NCBI GenBank assembly: GCA_041649115.1
Contig: JBAZNT010000005.1
Location: forward strand, 12,737-76,736
From: Candidatus Omnitrophota bacterium
GTDB lineage: Bacteria; Omnitrophota; Gorgyraeia; Gygaellales; Profunditerraquicolaceae
Reading direction: 5' to 3'
Length of the DNA: 64,000 bases
Below, in pieces: positions 1 through 7,611 of this stretch. The notes beneath the pieces are model-generated. The model was given only the letters and a program-made list of their open reading frames with translations. It was not told where the DNA came from and searched no databases. The first letter of the stretch is position 1, and every line of letters begins with the position of its first letter. A program made the position numbers and the translations under genes.

Positions 1-767
1 ATTCTGGAGTTTTTCCGGGGCGGCATATTTTTAAGTACCGCCTCAGGCGCTTCCAGGTCGCCGCCTTCTCCGCAGAATTCATCCTGGCTGGCGTAGATAT
101 ATTGCGGAGGCCGTGATTTTTCGTCCGTTCCCAGCACAAAATATGAAGCGCGGTCCTTGCGGTGGCCGGATTCATCGAAGAAGAGGGAGGTGGTTGCGAT
201 GACCCCGTGTTTTTCTATTCTTACGCGGTTCAGGAGCGAGCTGACGTGACGGTGGTCACGCAGCCTGTTTGCGGAGCGGCCGAAGACCGGTATGGCTGAG
301 GTGGCGGTGAATCTTATCTTGCGCTGTGATATATTTGTCAAGGTTACCCGCATGATTTCTACCGGTTCATTGCCGGCCGGCACAAAAGAGGTGATTTCGG
401 CTTCAAGGCCGATGCGCGCGTTGCGGCGGGTAACCTTGTGCCATAATATTCCCGCCTCCAGTGAAAATTTATCGCTGCGGATAGCGTTTATGTCCTTGCT
501 TACTCCGGTGGCAGACCAGACTTTTCGCGGATTGACGTAAATCCAGAAGTTACGGCTGGACCTGGAGTTTCTTAAGTCCGGGCGGGAAACCGGTTCGAGC
601 AAAAAATGGTTATTATCGGTTTTTATGTCTCCGTGCAGGTCGGGCGTAATAGAAGACATGAACGGATGGCTGTTAGCGAGAGGGAAATAGAGGGTATTGA
701 CTTTATGCGCGTCTTCCGAGATAAAGGTGCCTTGGTTACCGCTGAATTTCCAGAGAGGTTTCTCCAT
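1..767 (-). CDS. Partial CDS (3' end off window): GH94/'GT36'-type glycan (cellobiose-like) phosphorylase, N-terminal region
   Basis: Absent from the supplied ORF track because it runs off the window edge. My translation of the minus strand from the ATG at 767-765 stays open to position 1: MEKPLWKFSGNQGTFISEDAHKVNTLYFPLANSHPFMSSITPDLHGDIKTDNNHFLLEPVS...RNFWIYVNPRKVWSATG. I recall this N-terminal pattern from cellobiose-phosphorylase-like proteins. Confidence 0.5.
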   Translation of the reverse strand, partial: MEKPLWKFSGNQGTFISEDAHKVNTLYFPLANSHPFMSSITPDLHGDIKTDNNHFLLEPVSRPDLRNSRSSRNFWIYVNPRKVWSATGVSKDINAIRSDKFSLEAGILWHKVTRRNARIGLEAEITSFVPAGNEPVEIMRVTLTNISQRKIRFTATSAIPVFGRSANRLRDHRHVSSLLNRVRIEKHGVIATTSLFFDESGHRKDRASYFVLGTDEKSRPPQYIYASQDEFCGEGGDLEAPEAVLKNMPPRKNSR

Positions 768-810
768 AGTTTACTCAATTTAACACAAGCCACAGGCTTT
801 TGCAATAGAA

Positions 811-855
811 AATAGGCAGGGACGGTTCTGGGGTCGTTCGTAAGGTGTCCACCTT
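811..855. repeat. Half copy of the GGGACGG/AAGGTGTCC nested-hairpin repeat seen at 3744-3823
   Basis: aaaataggcaGGGACGGTTCTGGggtcgttcgtAAGGTGTCCACCTT aligns with the left half of the 3744-3823 element (aaaataGGGACGGCTCTGGaagtgaactAAAGGTGTCCCC). Confidence 0.5.
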
Positions 856-909
856 CAGGAAGATACTTTTGTTTTGACGAAACAGGGCCGTGCGGATATA
901 ATTGATGAG

Positions 910-1128
910 ATGAAAATCAACATTAAGGTAAAGCCGAATTCCAGCCGGGAAAAGATAGAGAGATTGACCTCGGAGGAGTTTATTCTATGGGTAAGGGCTC
1001 CGGCAAAGGAAGGTAAGGCTAACGAAGCGGCGGTGAAAATGTTAAGCGCATATTTCGATATCCCTAAGAGCAGGATCAGGATAATCCGAGGTAATGCCGC
1101 AAGGGATAAGCTCGTAGAGATAATATGA
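910..1128 (+). CDS. DUF167 (YggU-like) family protein
   Basis: MKINIKVKPNSSREKIE...WVRAPAKEGKANEAAVKMLSAYFDIPKSRIRIIRGNAARDKLVEI matches the YggU pattern (KPxA..., ApPveGkAN, G..sR.K.v.I). The ORF track opens at TTG 874; ATG 910 gives the typical N-terminus. Confidence 0.7.
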   Translation: MKINIKVKPNSSREKIERLTSEEFILWVRAPAKEGKANEAAVKMLSAYFDIPKSRIRIIRGNAARDKLVEII

Positions 1129-1138
1129 CGGAGGAGGG

Positions 1139-1402
1139 GTGATGCCAAGGTCGGTAGTTTTGCTCGGTTATTCCGGTTGCCTTATACCGATATTGCTTGT
1201 TTTGAATTCCCTGTTCGGGTGGATGTTTCTGAGCTTTAAATACTGGCTCTTGGGTGAAGCGGTATTATTGCTGCTGCTATTTTTAAATTCGCTTGTATTT
1301 ACCAGAAAGGCCTTCTCGGGCAGCAGGCGCCAGCAGCGCAGTAATATTATAGATGTGGAAGGCGAAGTAGTAGACGAAGACAAGCCCAATAGTAATAGTT
1401 AA
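1139..1402 (+). CDS. Small hypothetical membrane protein (2 predicted TM helices)
   Basis: Shine-Dalgarno GGAGGAGGGG lies immediately upstream of GTG 1139/ATG 1142. Two hydrophobic segments are followed by an acidic tail. No family recognised. Confidence 0.45.
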   Translation: MMPRSVVLLGYSGCLIPILLVLNSLFGWMFLSFKYWLLGEAVLLLLLFLNSLVFTRKAFSGSRRQQRSNIIDVEGEVVDEDKPNSNS

Positions 1403-1548
1403 GAGACGTTTTTCTCGTCAATCTGAAAATTGTCTTTTTCCCAAAGCGGAGACGTTTTCCTCGTCGTTCGGGACAATGTCTTTTCTTAATAAGACACTGT
1501 CCTGATTGGGTAGGAAAACGTCTCCGCTTTGGAGAGGAAAGCGTCTCC
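1403..1548. repeat. Composite nested-palindrome repeat (GAGACGTTTTYC / GACARTGTCTT units)
   Basis: Two direct ~37-nt units (1403-1440, 1449-1485) are followed by an inverted unit (1491-1524) and a partial inverted unit (1531-1548). There is a perfect 19-bp inverted repeat, aaagcggagacgttttcct 1443-1461 with 1512-1530. The inner hairpin is ggacaatgtctt / aagacactgtcc. Confidence 0.8.
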
Positions 1549-1566
1549 ATTCAGATATAAAAATTA

Positions 1567-1595
1567 TTGACTTATTTTTTGCGTTGTGTTATCGT
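1567..1595 (+). promoter_or_regulatory. Putative sigma70-type promoter of hppA
   Basis: TTGACT-17 nt-TATCGT with TGT just upstream of the -10. Shine-Dalgarno AAGGAGG at 1616-1622 precedes ATG 1628. Confidence 0.45.
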
Positions 1596-1627
1596 AGGGA
1601 CTTAATTTTAATTATAAGGAGGAACGC

Positions 1628-3748
1628 ATGAGTGGGTTTGATATTTTATGGTTGGCGCCGATAGGTTCTATCCTGGCGCTTTCGTTTGCTTTTTATTTAG
1701 CTCTTTACATACTAAAGAGTAGCGAAGGAAACGAGAAGATGCGCGAGATAGCTGAGGCGGTAAGGATTGGCGCCAGGGCGTATCTGAAGAGGCAGTACCT
1801 GGGCGTTTCCCTGTTCTTCGCGGTAGTTTTCGTTATTCTCTTGGTTCTGGCGTTTAAAAACTATCTCGTAATTTTTGTGCCTTTTGCATTTTTGACCGGC
1901 GGGTTTTTTTCGGCCCTCGCCGGATTCATCGGGATGACAATTGCTACCCGGGCATCCAGCCGCACTGCCGCAGCAGCCAGCAAGAGCCTAAATTCAGGAT
2001 TACGCATAGCGTTTTCAAGCGGCGCGGTAATGGGATTAAGCGTAGTAGGCCTGGGGCTTTTGGATCTATCTATCTGGTATTATTTTCTCAATTGGTATTA
2101 TTCAATCCATCCCATTCCTATCGGCGGCGATAAGATAGCAGCTATTACTTCCACGATGTTGTGTTTCGGTATGGGTGCCAGCTCCCAGGCATTATTTGCC
2201 AGGGTAGGAGGAGGTATCTTTACCAAGGCCGCTGACGTAGGGGCTGATTTGGTAGGCAAGGTTGAGGCCGGAATCCCGGAAGACGACCCGCGCAACCCCG
2301 CGGTTATCGCGGATAATGTCGGAGATAATGTCGGAGACGTTGCCGGCATGGGCGCCGACCTCTACGAATCTTACGTCGGCTCAATTGTCGCGACCTCGGC
2401 GTTGGGCGTTGCGGCAGGGTTAGGATTGGCCGGCGTTACCGTGCCAATGGTTATGGCGGCGGTGGGAGTTATTTCTTCAATCATCGGGACGTTCTTCGTA
2501 AAAAGCAAGGAACAGGCTACCCAGAACGCGTTGCTTTTTGCCTTAAGGAAAGGAATTTTTGTCAGTTCTATATTAGTGGCGATAGTTTCCTATTTTCTGA
2601 TTAAGGCTGTATTAGGCATTGAACATATCGGTGTTTATTGGTCGGTGCTTGCCGGGCTTCTGGCAGGAGTTTTAATAGGTTTGAGCACGGAATATTTTAC
2701 CTCCAGCCATTTTAAGCCTACGCGTTTTATTTCAGAGCAGTCATTGACAGGACCTGCTACCGTTATTATCGGGGGGATGGCTGTAGGGATGATGTCAACT
2801 GCCGTGCCGGTAATAGTGGTGGGTTTAGCAATATTAGCCAGTTATTTCCTGGCAGGCGGCGCAGCGAATCCGGACGCCGGACTTTACGGCGTTGCCATTT
2901 CGGCCGTAGGCATGCTTTCTACATTAGGCATAACCCTGGCGACCGATGCCTATGGACCGGTAGCGGATAATGCCGGCGGGAACGCCCAGATGGCCGAGCT
3001 CGACCCCGAAGTCAGGAAAAGGACCGATGCCCTGGATGCATTAGGAAATACTACCGCTGCTACCGGAAAGGGGTTTGCTATCGGTTCGGCTGCCTTGACA
3101 GCCTTGGCGCTTATCGCGGCATACAAAGACCAGATATTGCTTATTTCCAAGGAGCGCGGTTTAAATATAGATATGGGGCTGGAGCTTATGGACCCCAGGG
3201 TTCTGGTAGGGGTTTTTATAGGAGGCATGCTGCCGTTTTTGTTTTGTTCAATGACCATGCGTGCCGTCGGAAGAGCGGCGGGAAAAATTGTAGTAGAGGT
3301 ACGCAGGCAGTTCAAGGAGATAATCGGCCTTATGGAGCATAAGGCGAAGCCGGATTATGCCCGTTGCGTGCACATTGCTACTGCCGCAGCGCAAAAGGAA
3401 ATGGTGCTGCCAGCGCTTATGGCGATTATTGCGCCGCTTCTGGTAGGTATCCTGGCAGGCGTTAAAGCCGAAGCGGGACTTTTAGCAGGAGCGACAGTCA
3501 GCGGTTTTGTACTGGCAATCATGATGGCTAATTCCGGAGGTGCCTGGGATAACGCCAAGAAGTATATTGAAGAAGGGCACTACGGAGGCAAAGGGTCTGC
3601 TGCCCACAAGGCCGGAGTGGTCGGAGATACTGTCGGTGACCCCTTTAAGGATACCTCAGGCCCAAGCCTTAATATCCTGATTAAGCTAATGTCCATGGTA
3701 TCCATTGTTTTTGCTGCTTTCATCATATCTAATTCCCTCCTAAAATAG
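1628..3748 (+). CDS. hppA: Membrane-bound proton/sodium-translocating pyrophosphatase
   Basis: 706 aa and polytopic. Signature motifs are [41 protein letters not shown] and [22 protein letters not shown]. Confidence 0.95.
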   Translation: MSGFDILWLAPIGSILALSFAFYLALYILKSSEGNEKMREIAEAVRIGARAYLKRQYLGVSLFFAVVFVILLVLAFKNYLVIFVPFAFLTGGFFSALAGFIGMTIATRASSRTAAAASKSLNSGLRIAFSSGAVMGLSVVGLGLLDLSIWYYFLNWYYSIHPIPIGGDKIAAITSTMLCFGMGASSQALFARVGGGIFTKAADVGADLVGKVEAGIPEDDPRNPAVIADNVGDNVGDVAGMGADLYESYVGSIVATSALGVAAGLGLAGVTVPMVMAAVGVISSIIGTFFVKSKEQATQNALLFALRKGIFVSSILVAIVSYFLIKAVLGIEHIGVYWSVLAGLLAGVLIGLSTEYFTSSHFKPTRFISEQSLTGPATVIIGGMAVGMMSTAVPVIVVGLAILASYFLAGGAANPDAGLYGVAISAVGMLSTLGITLATDAYGPVADNAGGNAQMAELDPEVRKRTDALDALGNTTAATGKGFAIGSAALTALALIAAYKDQILLISKERGLNIDMGLELMDPRVLVGVFIGGMLPFLFCSMTMRAVGRAAGKIVVEVRRQFKEIIGLMEHKAKPDYARCVHIATAAAQKEMVLPALMAIIAPLLVGILAGVKAEAGLLAGATVSGFVLAIMMANSGGAWDNAKKYIEEGHYGGKGSAAHKAGVVGDTVGDPFKDTSGPSLNILIKLMSMVSIVFAAFIISNSLLK

Positions 3749-3823
3749 GGACGGCTCTGGAAGTGAACTAAAGGTGTCCCCGAGGGGGGACACCTTTGCT
3801 TTGACTTGAGAACCGTCCCTATT
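3744..3823. repeat. Nested-hairpin repeat (GGGACGGYTCT outer, AAAGGTGTCCCC inner) overlapping the hppA stop; likely also a terminator
   Basis: The outer inverted repeat is aatagggacggctct (3744-3758) with gagaaccgtccctatt (3808-3823). The inner 12-bp stem is aaaggtgtcccc/ggggacaccttt (3770-3797). A T-tract (ttttttctatttttt) follows. Confidence 0.8.
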
Positions 3824-3839
3824 TTTTCTATTTTTTATA

Positions 3840-3867
3840 TTGGCTAGCTCCCCAGCAGTGGTATAAT
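3840..3867 (+). promoter_or_regulatory. Putative promoter of the ECF sigma operon
   Basis: TTGGCT-16 nt-TATAAT with a TG extended -10 (gTGgTATAAT). The -10 ends only 9 nt before ATG 3877. Confidence 0.45.
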
Positions 3868-3876
3868 AAAAGGGCA

Positions 3877-4491
3877 ATGGAGGATCTGCATTTTGTGCAG
3901 AGATGCGTCAAAGGGGACGCTCTGGCTTGGGATGAATTCATCTCTAGGTATTCCCGCTTAATATACAACTATATCCACAGTATCCTCAGATTGCACGGTA
4001 TCAACCACCCCGCACAAGACAGCGTCAGCGATCTCTTCCAGGAAATATTTCTTTCCCTCCTTAAAGATGATTTTAGAAAACTGAGAACCTTCAAGGCCAA
4101 GAACGGATGCAGCCTGGCCAGTTGGCTGCGGCAGGTAACCGTCAACCATACCATTGATTATTTGCGTAAGACCAGGGGCAGCGTGTCTTTGGAGGAAGAG
4201 GATTCCGAAGGCACGGCCCTTAAGGATAGGCTTGTAGATGGTGCTCCAACGCCGCAACATGAGTCTGTGCGGCAGGATAAACTGGCGCATTTAGAAGATT
4301 GTATCTCGCGCCTGGAAATAGATGATAGATATTTTTTGGAACTGCATCTTAACCGCGGTTTTAGTCTGGAGGAACTCAAAGAAATCCTAAAAATAGGCCG
4401 GGGGGCGGTAGATATGCGTAAATTGCGCATTATCGAAAGGTTACGAGATTGCTTTAGAAAAAAAGGTTTTGCGATGCCTCGGAAAGCATAA
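3877..4491 (+). CDS. ECF-type (sigma-24/sigma-70 family) RNA polymerase sigma factor
   Basis: 204 aa. Region-2-like: FISRYSRLIYNYIHSIL...DLFQEIFLSLLKD. Region-4 HTH: FSLEELKEILKIGRGAVDMRKLRIIERLRD. Confidence 0.9.
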   Translation: MEDLHFVQRCVKGDALAWDEFISRYSRLIYNYIHSILRLHGINHPAQDSVSDLFQEIFLSLLKDDFRKLRTFKAKNGCSLASWLRQVTVNHTIDYLRKTRGSVSLEEEDSEGTALKDRLVDGAPTPQHESVRQDKLAHLEDCISRLEIDDRYFLELHLNRGFSLEELKEILKIGRGAVDMRKLRIIERLRDCFRKKGFAMPRKA

Positions 4492-4550
4492 TAAAAAATG
4501 TTAGATTCTATGAGTTTTTACGTCTATTATGTCGGGAGGATACTAATAAA

Positions 4551-5261
4551 ATGCCGGAGAGTCTAGAAGATTTAATCAAGTCGGTTTATCGCGGTTGGAA
4601 GGCAGGGCGGTCCGGGGAACTTCGAGACCATCCTTGCGAGGAAGAGTTGGTTTGTTTAGCCGAAGGCAGGCTTTCTCCAAAAGACGCCAGGGCAGTGAAA
4701 TCGCACCTGGCAGAATGCGATGAATGCGGGAGCAGGTTCAGCGCCTATGTTAAACTACGATTTTTGCCTGAAGGGGTATTGGAGGTGCCTTTGGCTTTGA
4801 GGGAAAAGTTAAAGGGGCTTTTGACTCAGAAGCCGGGTAATCCGGTACTGGAAATATTTTTACGTTTTAAAGAAAAGGTGCTGGAGTTGATCAGCACTAC
4901 CGGGAACGTCTTGGTAGGACAGGAGTTGGTACCCGCGCCTTTATTGCGGGCGCGCAGGATACGGGATTTCAAAGACGGCATTGATATCTTTAATGATTTT
5001 GAAAAAATCAGGGTAGAGGTTAAGATTGAGAAGAAGGGCGGCAATAATTTTAATCTGGAGGTGTCAGTAAAAGAAAAACAAACCCAGAGATGGCTTCGCG
5101 ATATCAGGATAACGCTGGAAAGGGAAGGGTTTGAATTGGAATCCTATATGTCGGATAAAGGCGGCGTTACTTTTGAGAACATCGCTCTCGGGGAATACCG
5201 TATTGAAATAAGCGACGCGCAGAGCGTTCTTGCTTGCGTTGTCTTGGATGTAAGGGCGTAG
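4551..5261 (+). CDS. Putative zf-HC2 anti-sigma factor, apparently soluble
   Basis: Carries the H-x3-C-x2-C motif HLAECDEC in its N-terminal ~60 aa. It lies immediately downstream of the ECF sigma gene. I see no clear TM helix. The C-terminus is beta-rich (GGVTFENIALGEYRIEISD). Confidence 0.65.
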   Translation: MPESLEDLIKSVYRGWKAGRSGELRDHPCEEELVCLAEGRLSPKDARAVKSHLAECDECGSRFSAYVKLRFLPEGVLEVPLALREKLKGLLTQKPGNPVLEIFLRFKEKVLELISTTGNVLVGQELVPAPLLRARRIRDFKDGIDIFNDFEKIRVEVKIEKKGGNNFNLEVSVKEKQTQRWLRDIRITLEREGFELESYMSDKGGVTFENIALGEYRIEISDAQSVLACVVLDVRA

Positions 5262-5263
5262 AT

Positions 5264-7432
5264 ATGTCATCCGAACGCAATGCATTGGTGCTGGATATAT
5301 TGAAGCAGAAACGCAGCCTGGCGATGGGTGTTTTTGAGCGCAAGGGTGTTTCTGCGACCATCAGGCACTACAGTAGTTCCGGAATTTCATTCCGCGAGAT
5401 AGGTAATCTCTGTAAAGAGCAAACCCTCCTGTTGAATCGCAACTCCAGGAAACTCGAATATGACCTGCGGGCAACGGAAGACCTTAAAAAAATCGGCCAG
5501 CTTCTTTGGGATAATCTTTTGAGCGTAGCGGTAAAAGACCGCTTAAAAAGCACTATTATCAAAGACCTGATTTTATCTTTAGACGAAGGCTTGATAAATA
5601 TCCCGTGGGAGCTGCTTTATGACGGCAAGGATTTCCTATGCCTTAAGTTTAACATCGGGAGGCTTATCCGCACCAGCCAGGAGCAACGCCCGCTACAATA
5701 CCGCAGTCCAGCCGGGCCTCTTAGGATGCTTATTCTCGCCAATCCTACCGGCGACCTGAAATCCGCTTATAACGAAGGTCTTTACATCAAGAATCAGTTT
5801 GACCGTCGCCCAAGCGAGGTGAGAATTGATTTTAAATCTACCGCTATCGATACCCTCTATCTAAAAAAGAATATGCGGGATTACGATATTGTGCATTTTG
5901 CCGGGCATTGCGAATATGATGCTGTCCGTCCCGGGGAGAGCGGATGGGTATTGGCTAATGGCCGTTTCACCGCAGTGGATATTATGGCATTGTCGGAAAG
6001 CTCTTCTTTGCCAGCCCTGGTATTTTCGAATGCCTGCTATTCCGCCCCCCGGATATCCGATGAGATAACTCCGGATTACCACGAGAGGACCTATAGCATT
6101 GCCTCGGCATTTTTATTTTCCGGCACCACGCATTACATCGGGGCGATGCGGCGGATAGAAGACGAAACCAGCCGTTTATTTGCGCGCGAGTTTTATGCAC
6201 AATTAATTAAGGGCGAGACGGTCGGAGGTTGCCTGCGCCAGGCGCGCCTGAAGATCATCAAGGAGTACGGCAGAGGGGCGGCGGGATGGATGAGCTATAT
6301 TCTTTACGGAGATCCGAACCTTGTCTTATTTAGACCGCATTCAAAACCCGAGGCGCCGATTTTGGTGTTAAAAAAGAGGGTTTATCATTACCGCAAGAGG
6401 CTATTGCGGCTGGCGATAGCAACAGGAGCAATCCTGGCAGCGCTTCTCGTCTGGGCGCTTGCGCCGAGCATCAACCCCAATACTTATCTTTTATTTTCCA
6501 GAACCCAGAGGCTTTATGCGCGGGGCGATAACGAAGCGACTGTCAAGTCGGCTTTGCGGATTATCGCCAGGGAACCCGCGTTTTTGGGGGCCTATCCTTT
6601 GCTGGCAGATGCCTACCAGAGGCTGGGGATGGGCGAGAAGGCCTTAAAAATTTATTTTGATTATGCGCTTTATGCGCAGAAGAGGCACGACGCTAAACAC
6701 GTGGCATCAAGCTATATCAGTATCGGATGGTGTTATCAGCAGTCCGGCGATTACGAAAGGGCCGTTGATTTCTATAACCGCGCACTCGCCTTAAGCAGGG
6801 CAAAACGCGATAAGTTCAACGAGGCGGTAGCGCTTAGAAGACTGGCGGTATGGCACATTGATAAGGAGGAATATGACCGCGCCCTTGAGTTGTTAACTAA
6901 GAGCTCGGAGATTAACCGCGAAAGACGTCGAATCAGCGCTCACCGTTATAACCTGGGGTGCGATTATTTTGATATCGGCCTTGTCTTCGCCAATAAGGAC
7001 GATTTTAAAGCTGCCAGGGATTTCTATCGTAAGAGCCAGAGAATATTTGAAAAGATGAGATTCGGCAGGGAACTCAGCGACTGCTATTTTAATCTTGGAG
7101 AAATCTATCTTTTTGATAAGGAGTACCATAAGGCAAAGGAATATTATCTTAAAGGTCTTAGGATAGACGAGTCTCATCAGAATAAGCCGAGTATAGCCGC
7201 AGATTACAATATGTTAGGAGAGCTTTGTTTTGAAATGGGGGATGTCAAAGAAGCGGAGGAGTTTTTTAATAAAGGTGTCTTGCTTTCCGCTCAGATAAAC
7301 GCGCAGATGGAGCTGGCCGAGTCTTACGAGAACCTCGGGATTTTATATAAAGCTAAAAAGGATATGGCAAAATCACGGGAGTTTTCCAAGAAGGCCCATG
7401 AGATCTACCGCCGCATGGGTTTCCCCGATTAG
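5264..7432 (+). CDS. CHAT (caspase-like) protease domain - TM helix - TPR-repeat protein
   Basis: The His/Cys dyad context is YDIVHFAGHCEYD ... LPALVFSNACYSA. The TM segment is LLRLAIATGAILAALLVWALAP. About 8 TPR-like repeats follow (AYQRLGMGEKALKIYF..., YNRALALS..., YYLKGLRI..., FFNKGVLL...). ATG 5264 lies 2 nt after the upstream stop; the track's TTG 5234 start is less likely. Confidence 0.85.
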   Translation: MSSERNALVLDILKQKRSLAMGVFERKGVSATIRHYSSSGISFREIGNLCKEQTLLLNRNSRKLEYDLRATEDLKKIGQLLWDNLLSVAVKDRLKSTIIKDLILSLDEGLINIPWELLYDGKDFLCLKFNIGRLIRTSQEQRPLQYRSPAGPLRMLILANPTGDLKSAYNEGLYIKNQFDRRPSEVRIDFKSTAIDTLYLKKNMRDYDIVHFAGHCEYDAVRPGESGWVLANGRFTAVDIMALSESSSLPALVFSNACYSAPRISDEITPDYHERTYSIASAFLFSGTTHYIGAMRRIEDETSRLFAREFYAQLIKGETVGGCLRQARLKIIKEYGRGAAGWMSYILYGDPNLVLFRPHSKPEAPILVLKKRVYHYRKRLLRLAIATGAILAALLVWALAPSINPNTYLLFSRTQRLYARGDNEATVKSALRIIAREPAFLGAYPLLADAYQRLGMGEKALKIYFDYALYAQKRHDAKHVASSYISIGWCYQQSGDYERAVDFYNRALALSRAKRDKFNEAVALRRLAVWHIDKEEYDRALELLTKSSEINRERRRISAHRYNLGCDYFDIGLVFANKDDFKAARDFYRKSQRIFEKMRFGRELSDCYFNLGEIYLFDKEYHKAKEYYLKGLRIDESHQNKPSIAADYNMLGELCFEMGDVKEAEEFFNKGVLLSAQINAQMELAESYENLGILYKAKKDMAKSREFSKKAHEIYRRMGFPD

Positions 7433-7611
7433 AAAATCAAACACGAATCAGGCATAACAATCAATATTCCGCAAGCGGTTGTTTTTTAGGGACGTAACCC
7501 TTTAATATCGTAAGTGTTAAGTTGTTTTAAAAAATTTCTTATTTTACTGGATTTTTTAAAAATAAATGGTATAATCTTTCAATAAGACTTTAATATCAGC
7601 AGGATGATTAC

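Noticed and set aside
1403-1548. I considered whether the repeated GAGACG/GACAGTGTC words form a CRISPR array or a transposon end.
   Set aside because: - CRISPR is excluded because the units are inverted as well as direct, lack regular repeat-spacer periodicity and occur at dispersed loci.
- No cas genes are in the window.
- No transposase gene or obvious target-site duplication is seen, so an autonomous mobile element is excluded.
- A MITE-like origin remains possible and is covered in the findings.
5234-5263. N-terminal extensions proposed by the ORF track at alternative starts: CHAT gene TTG 5234, ackA 17819, dehydrogenase 59753, FmdB 48389, BNR 9027, DUF167 TTG 874.
   Set aside because: - Each extension overlaps the preceding gene or its stop.
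- Each extension adds non-conserved residues ahead of a canonical family N-terminus.
- An internal ATG, positioned right after the upstream stop or behind a good Shine-Dalgarno, gives the expected N-terminus.
7469-7487. Possible terminator after the CHAT-TPR gene (ccgcaagcgg followed by ttgtttttt).
   Set aside because: The stem is only 4 bp (ccgc/gcgg), which is too weak to call confidently as an intrinsic terminator.
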